Shown here: positions 37,103 through 51,544 of the stretch, piece by piece
Layout of the letters: each line of letters begins with the position of its first letter
How positions within the stretch are numbered: position 1 is the stretch's first letter
Source: Octopus bimaculoides
Taxonomy: Eukaryota
Assembly (NCBI RefSeq): GCF_001194135.2
Contig: NC_068981.1
Coordinates: forward strand, 53,950,324 to 54,014,323
Length of the DNA stretch: 64,000 bases
Reading direction: 5' to 3'
The notes under the pieces: generated by a model
The model's input: only the letters and a program-made list of their open reading frames with translations
What the model was told of the DNA's origin: nothing
Databases searched by the model: none
Position numbers and translations under genes: made by a program

Positions 37103-38758
37103 NNNNNNNNNNNNNNNNNNNNNNNNNNNNNNNNNNNNNNNNNNNNNNNNNNNNNNNNNNNNNNNNNNNNNNNNNNNNNNNNNNNNNNNNNNNNNNNNNN
37201 NNNNNNNNNNNNNNNNNNNNNNNNNNNNNNNNNNNNNNNNNNNNNNNNNNNNNNNNNNNNNNNNNNNNNNNNNNNNNNNNNNNNNNNNNNNNNNNNNNNN
37301 NNNNNNNNNNNNNNNNNNNNNNNNNNNNNNNNNNNNNNNNNNNNNNNNNNNNNNNNNNNNNNNNNNNNNNNNNNNNNNNNNNNNNNNNNNNNNNNNNNNN
37401 NNNNNNNNNNNNNNNNNNNNNNNNNNNNNNNNNNNNNNNNNNNNNNNNNNNNNNNNNNNNNNNNNNNNNNNNNNNNNNNNNNNNNNNNNNNNNNNNNNNN
37501 NNNNNNNNNNNNNNNNNNNNNNNNNNNNNNNNNNNNNNNNNNNNNNNNNNNNNNNNNNNNNNNNNNNNNNNNNNNNNNNNNNNNNNNNNNNNNNNNNNNN
37601 NNNNNNNNNNNNNNNNNNNNNNNNNNNNNNNNNNNNNNNNNNNNNNNNNNNNNNNNNNNNNNNNNNNNNNNNNNNNNNNNNNNNNNNNNNNNNNNNNNNN
37701 NNNNNNNNNNNNNNNNNNNNNNNNNNNNNNNNNNNNNNNNNNNNNNNNNNNNNNNNNNNNNNNNNNNNNNNNNNNNNNNNNNNNNNNNNNNNNNNNNNNN
37801 NNNNNNNNNNNNNNNNNNNNNNNNNNNNNNNNNNNNNNNNNNNNNNNNNNNNNNNNNNNNNNNNNNNNNNNNNNNNNNNNNNNNNNNNNNNNNNNNNNNN
37901 NNNNNNNNNNNNNNNNNNNNNNNNNNNNNNNNNNNNNNNNNNNNNNNNNNNNNNNNNNNNNNNNNNNNNNNNNNNNTGTGTGTGTGTTTGTGTGTACGTG
38001 CGTGCGTGCGTGCGTGTTTATGTTTGTACGTGTGTGTGTGTGTTCGAGTGTGTGTGTGTTTGTGTGTACGTGCGTGCGTGCGTGCGTGTTTATGTTTGTA
38101 CGTGTGTGTGTGTGTTCGAGTGTGTGTGTGTGTGTTTGAGTGTGTGTGTGTGTTCACGAGACTGCGTGCACATGCATATATAATCATGCAATAGTGTGTA
38201 GAAATATACACATGAAAATATATACGTATACATACATGTATGTGTGCATATTTACAAATGTGTGTATGTGTGTATGTGTGTGTATGTGTGTGTGTGTATG
38301 TGTGTGTGTATGTGTGTGTATGTGTGTGTGTGTATGTGTGTGTGTATGTGTGTGTGTGTAATAGCACACATAAACGATACATTGAAGGTGAAGAGACTGT
38401 GTGAGAACATTTTCTTTCAGTCTAACACAGCAACAAAGATTCCTTTATTTACGAATAACTATTTGTAATTAAGAAACTTTCAACTAAATGGTCTCGCTTC
38501 TCGAAATATCACTAAAGATTGTTGATTTCTTCAGCTCCAACAGCTTATCGTTTGATAAAGACTTTAAAAATCGTAAACAAAAAACAAACAAAACAAATGT
38601 ATTTGATACAAACACGATGGCGTGTGTGTCTATGTGTCACACCTTGAAAAGTGAGTATGTGTGTATGTAGAAGTGTGAGTTTGAGCACACGTATGCGCGC
38701 ACACATACGTATGCAAGCATGTATGTACGTACGTACGTGCGTATGTATACACGTGTAA

Positions 38759-38794
<36 letters not shown>

Positions 38795-39395
38795 GTATGT
38801 ATATATATATATAGCAATAAGAAAATGGAAGGGAATATGTGGTACTCATCAACTTGCAGACATTGTATTATGTCAATTTACCTGTTTATTTTTCAACTAA
38901 GAGGACAGGACAATAAAACCAATATACAAACACATATGACATATTATGTCATATCAGTAATAAAAAATAAAAAGGACATGTAGTGACCGAAGAAAGGACA
39001 ATGTCTTTACAGCTGTTTCAGCCTAGTGGTGACATGCCTCATTCTATCTACATAACTCCAGTAAGCTGGAGTAATTGATAGATGAAATGGGTGAAAATAG
39101 AGGAACATGTATGGTTCTCTAGGCCTCTTCAGAGATTTACAGAGTTCATGGAGTTAATTTACAATATACAAATATAAACATAAAAAAAACTATAAAAATC
39201 ATAGAAACTCACATATATATATATATGCATATGCATGCATACTTTGACATATATAGATATACATAAATAAATTAACATAAATACATAAATATATATGTGT
39301 ATACTTAAGTGTATATACATAAACGTCTATACATGCACACCAATGAGTTCATTGTTATTGTTATTATACATAAGGACACATATATATACCCACCC

Positions 39396-39442
<47 letters not shown>

Positions 39443-40175
39443 AAATATATATGTATGTATATTATATGCATATCTGTATTATATATTATATATAAAATAT
39501 AATACAATATATATATATATGTGTGTGTGTGTGTGTATATGTCTACATGTATATGTATGGATTTACAACCTTATCTATATATACACATATACACACGATT
39601 GTCACGCTAATTTGTATTAAGACAATACTTCTGTTAATTTTGTGCGTTTACCTTGTGATATCGCTAAAACTACATTCAAGTTCCTTAACTTCCACGAAAG
39701 CGATGCGATAGCTTTTTTAGAAACCTCTCTGAAATTAAATTTACTATAGATATAAAACTTTTCTACAATTCTCTCTCAATATCTTCCTTGTTTTCTGCAC
39801 AACATTTTATTTGCATCCAATTTCATTACCTCCCTTCTACTAATCTCCCATAATTTAATCTCCAAGAACACTCCAACGCAGGCATCAGAAACAATTTCAT
39901 TATAGTTTTTTTTACTCGAGAACAGCACACACTTCGAAATGCTCGGGATAACAATTTTTGATAACCTATCAAGAAGTCACATTCAGCATGTCTCTATACT
40001 GTAAAGATGAGCTTTGCCAGGAAAGGCTTTGAACTTATACAGAGCATCAGTTTCACCCATACACTACAATATTTCTCATAGAGCTTGCACCCAATAGTCA
40101 TACATCACATACACTAAAGTATCTTCAGCAAAATACTATTTGGCATTCACCCACCGAGATTTGACAACTATTCAC

Positions 40176-40176
40176 A

Positions 40177-40237
<61 letters not shown>

Positions 40238-40433
40238 TCTACTTCCCCTCCGCTTCCTTCTTCTTCTTCTTCTTCTTCTTCTCCTCCTCCTCTTCCTCCT
40301 CCTCTTCCTCCTCCTCTTCCCCCTCCTCTTCCTTCTCTCTTCCTCCTCTTCCTCCTCCTCATCCTACAACTGCCACTGCTGCTGCTTCCCCTCTCCTCCT
40401 CATCCTCTTACAACAACAACAACAACAACAACA

Positions 40434-40496
<63 letters not shown>

Positions 40497-40497
40497 G
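40176..40497. repeat. Compound trinucleotide microsatellite (CTA, CTG, CTT, CTC, CAA)
   Basis: Directly visible. Confidence 0.95.
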
Positions 40498-40544
40498 TTC
40501 TTATCCACATTCTCTAGCTAGACGATATTGACCGGAAGGAAACG

Positions 40545-40905
40545 TACCGTTCAGCTACCACGCAAAGGGCCATGGAAAGATCCATGCTAGGAAGATCATT
40601 GCGAGTGCATATCCGAAATAAGGGGATTCTAGAACGAAGCGGAATGAACGATGTGGTCGCAGAATATCGAAAGCATAAATTTCATAGGATAGGACACGTC
40701 GCAAAGTTCACAGACAAACAAGTGGACCCGTGCAATTGCCGAGTGGTATCCAAAAGATCAGAAAATGTCACTAGAACGGACTCGATGACGGCAGGAAAAT
40801 GACTTTGTTAAACAATTAGGGACACGATGGAAAAGAATGATGCAATCAAGAAGGAAATGGAAACGGATTGTGACCGACGATGCAAAACAATATCTAGTCG
40901 ATACA
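40545..40905 (+). pseudogene. RTE-clade LINE ORF2 3' fragment
   Basis: TQRAMERSMLGRSLRVHIRNKGILERSGMNDVVAEYRKHKFHRIGHVAKFTD then WTRAIAEWYP; typical RTE C-terminus. Confidence 0.85.
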
Positions 40906-40962
40906 CATTATGTATGTATGTGTATACACACACACACACACACATATACACAAACGCGCGCG

Positions 40963-41118
40963 TGCGATGGTGTGCTGAAAAGTTCCTGGCTGTGAGTAAG
41001 AGAAAATACAGGAGGATCAGTTAATTATGATTTTATTCCCCTCTCAGATTCACACACTTATTGCAGCAGTCCCTCAGTTTTTCTAAGGCCTGTAAAAAAA
41101 CTCAGAAGGTTGGGCCGC
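40963..41118 (-). mobile_element. Mariner 3'-terminal fragment with TIR
   Basis: TIR-like gtgctgaaaagttcctggct; the minus strand encodes QPSEFF...NKCVNLRG, a mariner C-terminus. Confidence 0.7.
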
Positions 41119-41124
41119 GCCGGA

Positions 41125-41245
41125 CTGAATTCTTATGCGGCATTTCTTCCAGTTTTACGTTCTGCGTTCAAATGTCACCGAGATTCACTTTGCCTTTCAC
41201 CTTTTCGGGGGCGGGAAAATAAGTACCAGTTTAGAAACTGAGGTC
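41125..41245 (+). mobile_element. SINE family B fragment
   Basis: acgttctgcgttcaaatgtcaccgagattcactttgcctttcacc. Confidence 0.65.
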
Positions 41246-41746
41246 GATGAAGGAGATCCATGGATGCTTCCTCCAATGTAAACGACACTGGATAAAATGT
41301 GTGGTTTTAGAGGGTGATTTCTTCGAAGGAGATTAATTGCTAAATTGATATATATTGTAGTTTTCTTTTTATAGCACCAGTCCCGATACTTTTTTTTGAT
41401 CAGACTTCGCACGCGCGAGCACACACTCACACAACACACGCATACACAAGCGCGCATGCAATCATGCGGGTGAGTGATTTCTATTTTCTTTTTCATAGAT
41501 TACTTCAGAGTTTCATGAACGACATTTACATATTCCGAGTTGTTGCAAATTACGACAGTAACTATACACACGCCCAATACACAGCCACATATATATTCTA
41601 TTGAAGGCCATATGTTTCCATCTGCTATTCTCATGGCAGCCATTTTACGATATCATATTACCACTATCTGATGTATTTATCTATGTCGGCGAAGTGACCA
41701 TTTCAAAATGAAACTGATACTCAGTTTTCCATCTCTGATATGCTAG

Positions 41747-41842
41747 GTCAATACATCAACAAGGTGTGGTACTGTAACCTCAAACACATTTTATCTACGC
41801 CAATTTGCGAGTGGTACCAGCCGACATTTTGTAGAATCTTAA
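41747..41842 (+). CDS. Candidate 96-nt phase 1-1 internal exon (xQYINKVWYCNLKHILSTPICEWYQPTFCRILx), product unknown
   Basis: Acceptor ttttccatctctgatatgctAG, donor TAA|GTAAGT, open frame, unique-looking sequence. No recognisable homology. Confidence 0.3.
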   Translation, partial: VNTSTRCGTVTSNTFYLRQFASGTSRHFVES

Positions 41843-42057
41843 GTAAGTAAATTTGAAAATAACTTCATGAACATAATTATTTCTTTTGAAAGCTTCATCG
41901 ATCGAATACTATTATTATAGAAGTAACATTTGGTGTGAATAGGTCGAAAGAAATAACCAAGTTGTGAATTATATATATATATGTAAAATATATATAAACA
42001 ACTCGAAATAAAACTTGTAGTGTTGCATGAGTCATTTTATATGTCACCTTTTAAAAT

Positions 42058-42267
42058 CTTTTATCTATTACTCGTTTCAGTCATTTGACGGCGGCCATGA
42101 TGGAGCATCACCTTGAAAGGTTCAGTCGAACAAATCGACTCAGTATTATTTTTATGTCTGGTACTTGTCGAAAAGTATGGGGATGTAAACAAACCAACTC
42201 TGGTTGTTAAGCGATGGTGGTGGGGACAAATACAAACTCAAAGGCATACATATGTGTGCGTGTGTAT

Positions 42268-42321
<54 letters not shown>

Positions 42322-42522
42322 ATATATATATATATATGTATATATAATATATATATATAATAATATATATAATATATATATAATANNNNNNNNNNNNNNN
42401 NNNNNNNNNNNNNNNNNNNNNNNNNNNNNNNNNNNNNNNNNNNNNNNNNNNNNNNNNNNNNNNNNNNNNNNNNNNNNNNNNNNNNNNNNNNNNNNNNNNN
42501 NNNNNNNNNNNNNNNNNNNNNN

Positions 42523-42556
<34 letters not shown>

Positions 42557-42745
42557 CATGTATGTGTGTGTATGTGTGAATATATATATATCTATATGAC
42601 AGGCTTCCACACAATTTCCGTCTACCGAATTCGCTCACAAAGCATTGGTGAACCCAGGGCTATAGTAGAAGACACTTGCCCAAGGTGCCGTGCAAGGACT
42701 GAACCCAAAACCACGCAGTTGCAAAGCGAGCGTCTTAACTACTCA
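42058..42745 (-). mobile_element. SINE family A with expanded internal (TA)n and a gap
   Basis: Tail at 42070 and head at 42660-42745. Confidence 0.8.
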
Positions 42746-42909
42746 GCGAAGTGTGATATCAACGTCTTTCTCTAAGGTATGAGAGTTGAGAGAATTTTCT
42801 TCAACTAAAAAACAGAAACTTCATTGTGTACTCTGCTCAACGGTTCTTGCCTTTATGGCGTATAACATCGACATACATACACACACACATGTATATATGT
42901 ATGTATATA

Positions 42910-42949
<40 letters not shown>

Positions 42950-43299
42950 TATATATATATATGTATATATACATGTGTGTGTATGTATATATATATGTAT
43001 ATATATATATTTATATATANNNNNNNNNNNNNNNNNNNNNNNNNNNNNNNNNNNNNNNNNNNNNNNNNNNNNNNNNNNNNNNNNNNNNNNNNNNNNNNNN
43101 NNNNNNNNNNNNNNNNNNNNNNNNNNNNNNNNNNNNNNNNNNNNNNNNNNNNNNNNNNNNNNNNNNNNNNNNNNNNNNNNNNNNNNNNNNNNNNNNNNNN
43201 NNNNNNNNNNNNNNNNNNNNNNNNNNNNNNNNNNNNNNNNNNNNNNNNNNNNNNNNNNNNNNNNNNNNNNNNNNNNNNNNNNNNNNNNNNNNNNNNNNN

Positions 43300-43347
<48 letters not shown>

Positions 43348-44278
43348 ACACTCATTCTTTCCTTAAGGGTATAGTAATTCTGTAATCTGATCGATATCAG
43401 TATATTATTTGTATCAGAAGAATAGAAGTATAATTTGGCCTCGGCGGCTTTTGAACTTCGAAGTGTAAAGCTTCTAGTCTTAACGTACACATATTGAGTT
43501 TCAAAGAAACGGTGGTCGTTTTTTTCTCCCCGTACAGAGTTCATCTTATTGAACAAAGTCAACCAATAATTATATATGTGCAAAAGAAGAACAAAAAGAA
43601 AAAAAAGGAAAAGGAACAAAGAAAAGAAAAAAAATGCTGTTTTTGTTTTCTATGTTTTCCCCAGCTTTGAAGTACATCATTCGATACAGATGAATAATAA
43701 AAACATTAAAAAAAATAGTTTTGACTTCGTAAATATCTTGCTATCTTCCGTTACGCTTTTGAGATTTTTAGAACTTCAAAACATGATTTATTCTGAAAAA
43801 AGAAAAAGAAAAAAAGAAACGAAAATAATAATAATAACAGTAAAAAATACGTAGGTTGTATAGAACAGAAATACGAAGTCATAACTTTGCTTTTCATAAA
43901 AATGAGACCTAAAACAAACTAATAAAAAACAACAATAACGATAATTCTTTTCTTCCTATCGTACCTTTGATTATCTATGTTCAATTTTAGAAAGCTTAAC
44001 TGTATTATTTCAATAGAAAATAACAATCGGCTTTTTGTTGTAAGGAATATGATTTTAACAATATCGAATTTTCAGTAGATCTAAATCTCACTTTCTTTTC
44101 TTTCTTCCAAATCTTTGTAATTTTCGTGTCCCCGATTTCTCCTATAAAAATAACCTTTCACCTAAATTTAAAATGAAAAATTCGCAACTGTGGCTTGTTT
44201 ACTTTATTGCCTTTTTATTCATTTTTATCGAAACCTTTGCTGTTACTCTTACTGCTACAGCTAATGCTGCTGCTGCTG

Positions 44279-44309
<31 letters not shown>

Positions 44310-44319
44310 NNNNNNNNNN

Positions 44320-44354
<35 letters not shown>

Positions 44355-44616
44355 AGTTTTCAAAAGCTGTTTTCTGATTTTAGAATATGTAGTTGATTTC
44401 ACGAAATGTCGTCCAATAATAATAGTTGATTTGTACGGATCACCTAAAGTGAAGTTTTTGGAATTAGAGGAACGCCTTCTCCTCCACCAAATACCACACA
44501 CACACACATAACAGTTGCTAGAATTCAATATCTTTTTATCATTTTTTTCTACACCCACTATTTGTAAACATTCAATTCATTTGCCCAATATACATATGTA
44601 TGTATGTATATACATA

Positions 44617-44656
<40 letters not shown>

Positions 44657-45494
44657 CCTATTTAATTCTGAACGAATGAAGCCCTCTTTTGTTTATTATA
44701 TGCACATCTAATAGAATAAATTGCTGATGCATATTCCTGCAATGAATGGGCACAACGGAGAAGCGAAAACGGGTCGAAGACTCGTTGAATAGTTTATCAT
44801 CTATTCAACAGTACTCATCTTATGTAGAATAAAGAAAGGAATTTGTAAATTTTCGGGAGGATGGGAGAAAAGAACTGGTACTAAGAAAGTTAGACAAATA
44901 GACATGTATGCATGTATGTATATATACTTTATGAAGTAAATATATTTGTTTATTAATAATTAACTTACATGTGTTAGAAATCCTGGGATTTTGTTATATT
45001 TTGAAATTATAATTCCAGTAAGATGGAATAGCTTCTTTAGGACGTAAAGTATATTTATGCTATTATATCAATTATTATGGTAACTATTATTTTTTAATAT
45101 ATGTATTGTATGCACTGAAGACCTCTCCTATTCCTGAACATTTTAGTTTGACATTTCTCCTACTCTTGTAGATTGCTTTGCAAACAACTTGATTAATTAT
45201 GGTTAAACATCCGTAAGAAAACGCTTAATTAAAAATGTATTATTGTTTTTATATGTCAGAACTTTTGAGATGTTTTATTGTGAAGATAATTAAATCAACA
45301 ACATTGACCGTAACAGCAGGTTACATATCCCAAATGAAACGCTTTAAAACGCTCCAAGTCATCATAATAGAGCAATTCAGTTGCACACAAGTATACAATA
45401 ATACAGATAACATAACTGACATAATTGCATGCCAACTACTGTTAAATCATCAACAAGTTATAATACACGTGCGCGCGAAAAGACCAGCAAATGC

Positions 45495-45645
45495 TTGAGC
45501 ATTTTCAGCAAGCCAAACTTCGGCAGATCCTCAACATCAAATGGCAGGACCGACGCATCAACAAGGAAGTCCTCAATCGCTCAGAAATTCCAAACGTTGC
45601 AGCTGCCATTCCCGACTTAGCCTTCTGAGCCATGTCAGGTTAAGC
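45495..45645 (+). pseudogene. RTE (BovB-like) LINE ORF2 3' fragment
   Basis: LEHFQQAKLRQILNIKWQDRRINKEVLNRSEIPNV...LLSHVR. Confidence 0.8.
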
Positions 45646-47264
45646 ATCATAAAGGCACTGGATAAACCAAACTCGAACACGAGTGACACCGACGATTAAT
45701 ATTATGATGATTTAGAAACCTAACGAAAGACCTACTGAAGCAGCATTATACAGATTCATCATCCTTTTTAATGTGTCCCCTAAAATCTGAGAAAAATCTA
45801 TATTTGAAATTATCAAATTGCCCTCTCCAGCTAAAGCATAGATTCAAACTATGGCACCCAACAAGTACACTTTGATCTATACATTTCGATAAATTCATCC
45901 TTCAGTCATTTCAGTAACCTAATTCCCGTTCATGAACTTAGGGAAAATCCATGTCTATACAACAGTTTACTGTCATTAAGTGCATTGAAATCTCGTTTGA
46001 CTAATCGGAGACAGATTTGAAACACCTCAAATAATATATGGCTACTCATTAACGACATATTTAACTAAACGTACACAACAGTCACATTTAACTAATACAA
46101 TATCAACTATGTATTGCAAAATGTTGTGTTTAATCACATCAATTTGTTAAAAGATAAAAGACAAAGACAATATACATACACGCAATTAAAGTTTTTAATC
46201 CTGTTGATTAAAAAACAAAAGCAGAACCCCCCCCCCCCCAACTGAAGTGGTGACCGTAAAATATATAATTTCAGAACAATTAAAAAGTGTTTAATGCAAG
46301 CAATAAGATAAAAAAATCACAGTTTGAGATTTTTATCACGACCACCTAATATTTGGGTCAACTATGGACATGAACATTACCAGACTGGATTTTATTCGTG
46401 TCATTTACTTTATAAAGAAATCTAGAGAGTTAAACAAAATTTAGAAGTTTTTATTCTTACTGTAAGCTGTAATTTTGAATATGAGAATAGAAAATGAAGC
46501 ATAGAAGAAAATAGTGCATCATTCATTGTTGATTCTGAAATTGTTTTTATTGCATGTAGACAGAATTTTCTTTCATGTGATAACTCCTCCCACGCTCATA
46601 CATATGTATTAGTATCCAGAGAGAAAACAAAAACTGAAAAAGTTACCCATAATTCTTGCATCTACATTTATTATGCAAGAGACTATGCAATTTAATGTAA
46701 TTATTAGAATATGAATGAATGTCTCGTTGGGGATACATAAAATGCAATTAATCTTGCTCTTTTGAATAAAACTATTGCATTGAAGAATGCAGTTGTTTTT
46801 TTTTTCTGTGGAAACTAGTAAGATAATAAATAGTAAGATAATAAAAACTAATTCGCACATACTGCGTCAGTTTTAAAACACAAGTGAATCTTTTCTTTAA
46901 TGACCAAAATAAATACATAAATAAAACAAATAAATAAACAAAACTAGAAACATAGTGCTAACTAGAAACTTCTCTCGTTCAAGATATTAGTAAAAGCTGA
47001 AGTATGCAGCTCAGTGCTTGGCAAAAGTTATTCATCAAACCTTTACAAAATAGAATAAAAGAACTTCTAATACTCGAGATTGTAGAATATGAAGAATATC
47101 TCTACATGCATACATACACTGATTTTATATTATATATCAGTGTGTGTANNNNNNNNNNNNNNNNNNNNNNNNNNNNNNNNNNNNNNNNNNNNNNNNNNNN
47201 NNNNNNNNNNNNNNNNNNNNNNNNNNNNNNNNNNNNNNNNNNNNNNNNNNNNNNNNNNNNNNNN

Positions 47265-47299
<35 letters not shown>

Positions 47300-47319
47300 T
47301 TTATCTATCTATCTATCAT

Positions 47320-47351
<32 letters not shown>

Positions 47352-48290
47352 GATAGATAGATAGATAGCTAGCTAGCTAAGAAGTTATAATTCAAACGAA
47401 AGAAGCGAAAAAGAAAAAAAGGTTAAGAAGAGAGACACGTGATACAAGTGCGTGAAAGATGTTGATTATGAAGGATGACAAACTGGGACTATAGTAAAAC
47501 ATTAACATTTGCTTGAATAACCAGTTTTATCATATCCCTCGTTACATCGACAATATCTAACGATGAAAATCAACAACCATCACTATCATGATAGCAATTC
47601 CAATAGCAACAAACATGTCTTCATAAAAAGAGATATATGTAGCTTAACATTTCACCTTACCATTGCATCTAAAGAGATGTCAATAAATCAGAAAATATGA
47701 GCAAAGAGGAAAAAAAGAACACATCTGTATATGTACTTGTATATTTATATCTAGTGAATATGTTGAAGATATGTTCATATGAATGTATGTGTGCATTTGT
47801 GTTTTTTTTTTTTTTTTTGGAAGATAGCTAGGGTTATGGGTATAGGTCTATTACAAATTATAAATATACGTGGCTGAATCTACATGTCAAGTCAAAATGA
47901 TTAAATGCGTACACCCACGACCTATCCCATGAGATTAATGAGTTACGAATATCTTATACTATAAATACTAGCCTTGAGTTCCATCTGGTATAAATTCATC
48001 AGGGCGGACTGTTTGTCATAGTTCCAGACACAATCAAATCACATACCTTCTCACGTACATACATACACACGCACACACCTACATACATATATGTATACAT
48101 ACATATACATGCACACGCGCAACCGTTTGTATGTTTGTCTGTGTGTGCAACTGACTGGTCAAGTACAAAAAAGTATTCTTTTATTCCTTTATCGGTTTCA
48201 ATAATTAGACTACAGGCTATGATAGGCTACCGCTTTTCAAAGCTTTTAGTCAATCACACCGAATCTAAAGAAAAAGAATGTCTTTGCCAG

Positions 48291-48325
<35 letters not shown>

Positions 48326-48461
48326 AAAGAAAAAAGTCATTGCAAAAAAGAAAGAATAAGTCTCTCTGGAAAATTCCGATAAATGTCTGATTTAATGTTT
48401 TTTTGTTTGGTTTTATTGCTTATATAAGATATTGAATAAAATGTTTCTTTTCTTCACGTAT

Positions 48462-48660
48462 CTTTTACTTGTTTCAGTCATTAGATAGCATCCATGCTGG
48501 GGCACCGCCTTGAAGGGCTTAGTCGAACAAATCGACATTAGTTCTTATTATTTTAAAAAAGCTAATAATTATTCTATCGGTTTCTTTTGCCGAACCGCTA
48601 TATCAAACCTACACCGGTTATTAAGCGGCAGTGGAGAACAAACACAACACAAACACACAC
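48462..48660 (-). mobile_element. SINE family A, 3' half
   Basis: cttttacttgtttcagtcatt...ttctatcggtttcttttgccgaaccgct. Confidence 0.75.
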
Positions 48661-48713
48661 TAACACATACATAAACACGTTTACAAGCATACGTACATGC
48701 ATACATGCGCACG

Positions 48714-48749
<36 letters not shown>

Positions 48750-49142
48750 TTGCATGTAACGTATATTGCTGCTAGAATCGGAATTGTGAGGCGCTTGTGT
48801 ACACTAGCCAACTGTATATTGGATACTAACAAACTAAATGACCATGATCTACGGGATCCCAATAAACTGTCATATATAGAGTCCAGAGTTGGGCAACTAT
48901 ATTCAATCGATCTCTACATATCGCCTGGCTGATTGCAGTAGCTGTTTTCTCATCAAAATGTGTCAGTTTTAAAATCGCATGTTAGCCCTTCTTGTGTGGG
49001 GCCTTTTTTAGGTGCTCGACTAATGTCCTGGCATTTCGCAAAAGAGTCTGGATAGTTATTTTCCCTGAGGACTTTTCGGAATTGCACGGCGCTGATTTTT
49101 TTGTTCCCTGCCTCGCTGTATTTTCTCCGTAGTAAATGCGAT

Positions 49143-49179
<37 letters not shown>

Positions 49180-49181
<2 letters not shown>

Positions 49182-49339
49182 CAAAATAAGCAACAAGGAT
49201 ATCCAAAGTTAATGCAGTACGATCGTTTCATGCTACTCCTTTTTATATTTGATGTAATGTTCACATTGCTTAAATAAATGGAGTCGCATGAAACGATCGT
49301 ATTGCATTAACTTTGGATATCCTTGTTGCTTATTTTGAT
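49180..49339. mobile_element. Hairpin MITE with 60-bp arms
   Basis: Arms 49180-49239 and 49280-49339 match at 58/60; 40-nt loop; (TA)n at the left. Confidence 0.92.
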
Positions 49340-49423
49340 TTTAATCACCTTATTTTAGAATTATATGGATAATACCATACTTAATTCTGGTGCCTAAACT
49401 TAAGTGCCATATTCACCTTGAAG

Positions 49424-49488
<65 letters not shown>

Positions 49489-50039
49489 TCCACCTCTCTA
49501 CAATACTGGATGAACTATCAGCCTGACAGGAGGTACAGACGAGGGCAGCGCAATCAAACTCCATTATGCACCAAATGTACTAACAGCTGGGACAAGGGCA
49601 CATGCAGGAGTGGTGATGTGAAACACCCAGTCTGAGGAAGTCAGAAATACCATGGTGGTGCTCCAGCATGACCACGACCGCATGGCTGAAACGAGTAAAA
49701 GTGTAAAAAAGTAAAACATGTATGTAATCACGGGTTTCTACAAAGTTCCTGTCTACCAAATTTCACTAACAGGCATTGGTGAACTTGAGGCTATGGTATC
49801 ACACTTGGAACTTAAAAGTCAACTTCTTAAACATACGTACGTATCTGTTCTTTGTCGCTAAGTTTTTGTGGTTTGTTGCATTGTTAAATTAGAATAATTA
49901 GGCATACTACAGCACATATTTCGGACTAATTGTGGGGAGATGAATTTCGATCAGATACTGATTAGACTCTCCAATCCCTTTTGTGTGATACATAAAATCA
50001 ATAATAATAATAATAATAATGATGATGATGATGATTTTA

Positions 50040-50236
50040 AATTTTGCCACAAGGGCAGACATTTTGGGGGAAGGGATGTGTCTATTACCTCGATCCTAGT
50101 GTTCAACTTATACTTAATTTATCGACCCTAAAAGGCAAAATCGACCTCGGCGGAATTTGAACTCAGAACGCAGTGACAGGCGAAATACCTAAGCATTTCG
50201 TTCGCGCGTTAACGATTCTACCAGCTCACCGCCTTC
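50040..50236 (-). mobile_element. SINE family B
   Basis: aaggcaaaatcgacctcggcggaatttgaactcagaacg...ccagctcaccgcct. Confidence 0.85.
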
Positions 50237-51544
50237 ATGATAATAATAATAATAATTACTGACTTTGGTACTAGGCCAACAATTTTGAGGGGAAATTAGT
50301 AAAAACCATAATTTTAGTAAATACTACAGGAGTAAAAACCACAGGTGACACCAGCAGTATTTGAACTGAGAACGTGAAGAAATATTGTAAAGTATTTTCC
50401 CGGTTCTCTTCCGATTCTGCCGGTTTCCCCCGAAGTTTATTTAATACATACGATCAAATTTATTTATGTCAAATATAATTTTCCCATAGGAGGAGAGCAG
50501 CTATTCAAATTCCCTCATCATAAATGCGCTATCTTTGATAAAACTGTTTCTCATTCAATAGTCTTCATTTCTTGTTGTTTTCAGACGGTTCTGAGTTCAA
50601 GCTCCATATAGATTAATAAATTTTACCTTTCTCGAGCAAACAAAGAACTTGCATGCCAGGCATAGGACACAGTTAGCCTGGGGACAAAATTTCTCCTGCA
50701 TTAAAATTTGAAGCCGCCCACTGACAAAGTTTACATTTAAGCCTTAATCCAAAACAGTAATTTAATATAAATTACTTTCAACATTCTATAAAGCCTTATA
50801 CGTATCTGTCTAATTATAACATTTTAATTAAAGTTGCTTAGTGTGATTACGTGCATACCTATGAATTAATAAAATTAAAGGTTCATGATTTATTCTCAGC
50901 ACGGATATGCACTCTCACACATTCTTATGCATTTGCAATTCGCCCCAAGGTACTAAAAAAGTTTTCCCCTTTCTGCTGTGCAGTAGAAGGCGGCCGATTG
51001 ACAGAGTCGTCGTTAGAGCAGCAGAAAAAGATTGTTTTGCAATAATTGTGTTGACTTTCTATGTTGTGAATTCAAATCTTGCCGATGCTCAACTTTGCTT
51101 TTCATCCTTTTGCGGCTGCTAAATAAAGTACCGGTCCCATACGGGGGTCGGTTCTTCTCTTTCTCTCACTCTTTCTTTTTGTATGTCTAGCTTTTTCACT
51201 TCTGGAAGAAATCGAATGTGTTCAGTCCTGAAGTGGAATAGATTCACTCAGATCTAAAAGTGCCTCAGACTAACTATCATCTCAGCGCTCGTACAACTAT
51301 ACCAAGAGGTTGAGCGCCTAGGGAAAGGCTATGTAGAAGCATCTACAGCTAGAAATAACAGTAAAAATTTCTCAAAACTCAAACAGTGATGTACTAAATC
51401 AAATCACTTCACATAGCTCATTTTGAAAACTGTAGTAACAATGAAATAACAAAGAAGTAACAATGTATTATCTCGATCACAATCTTGAATTACAGCCTAT
51501 AGAAAAATAAAACTGGTAATTTTTATATTCCACGATAACGGTTT

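Noticed and set aside
37976-38130. Tandem duplication of a compound microsatellite unit
   Set aside because: It abuts a gap, so it may be an assembly artefact.
36918-38382. Longest ORFs, 421 and 482 aa
   Set aside because: They span an 873-bp N gap flanked by simple repeats; the same applies to other X-filled ORFs.
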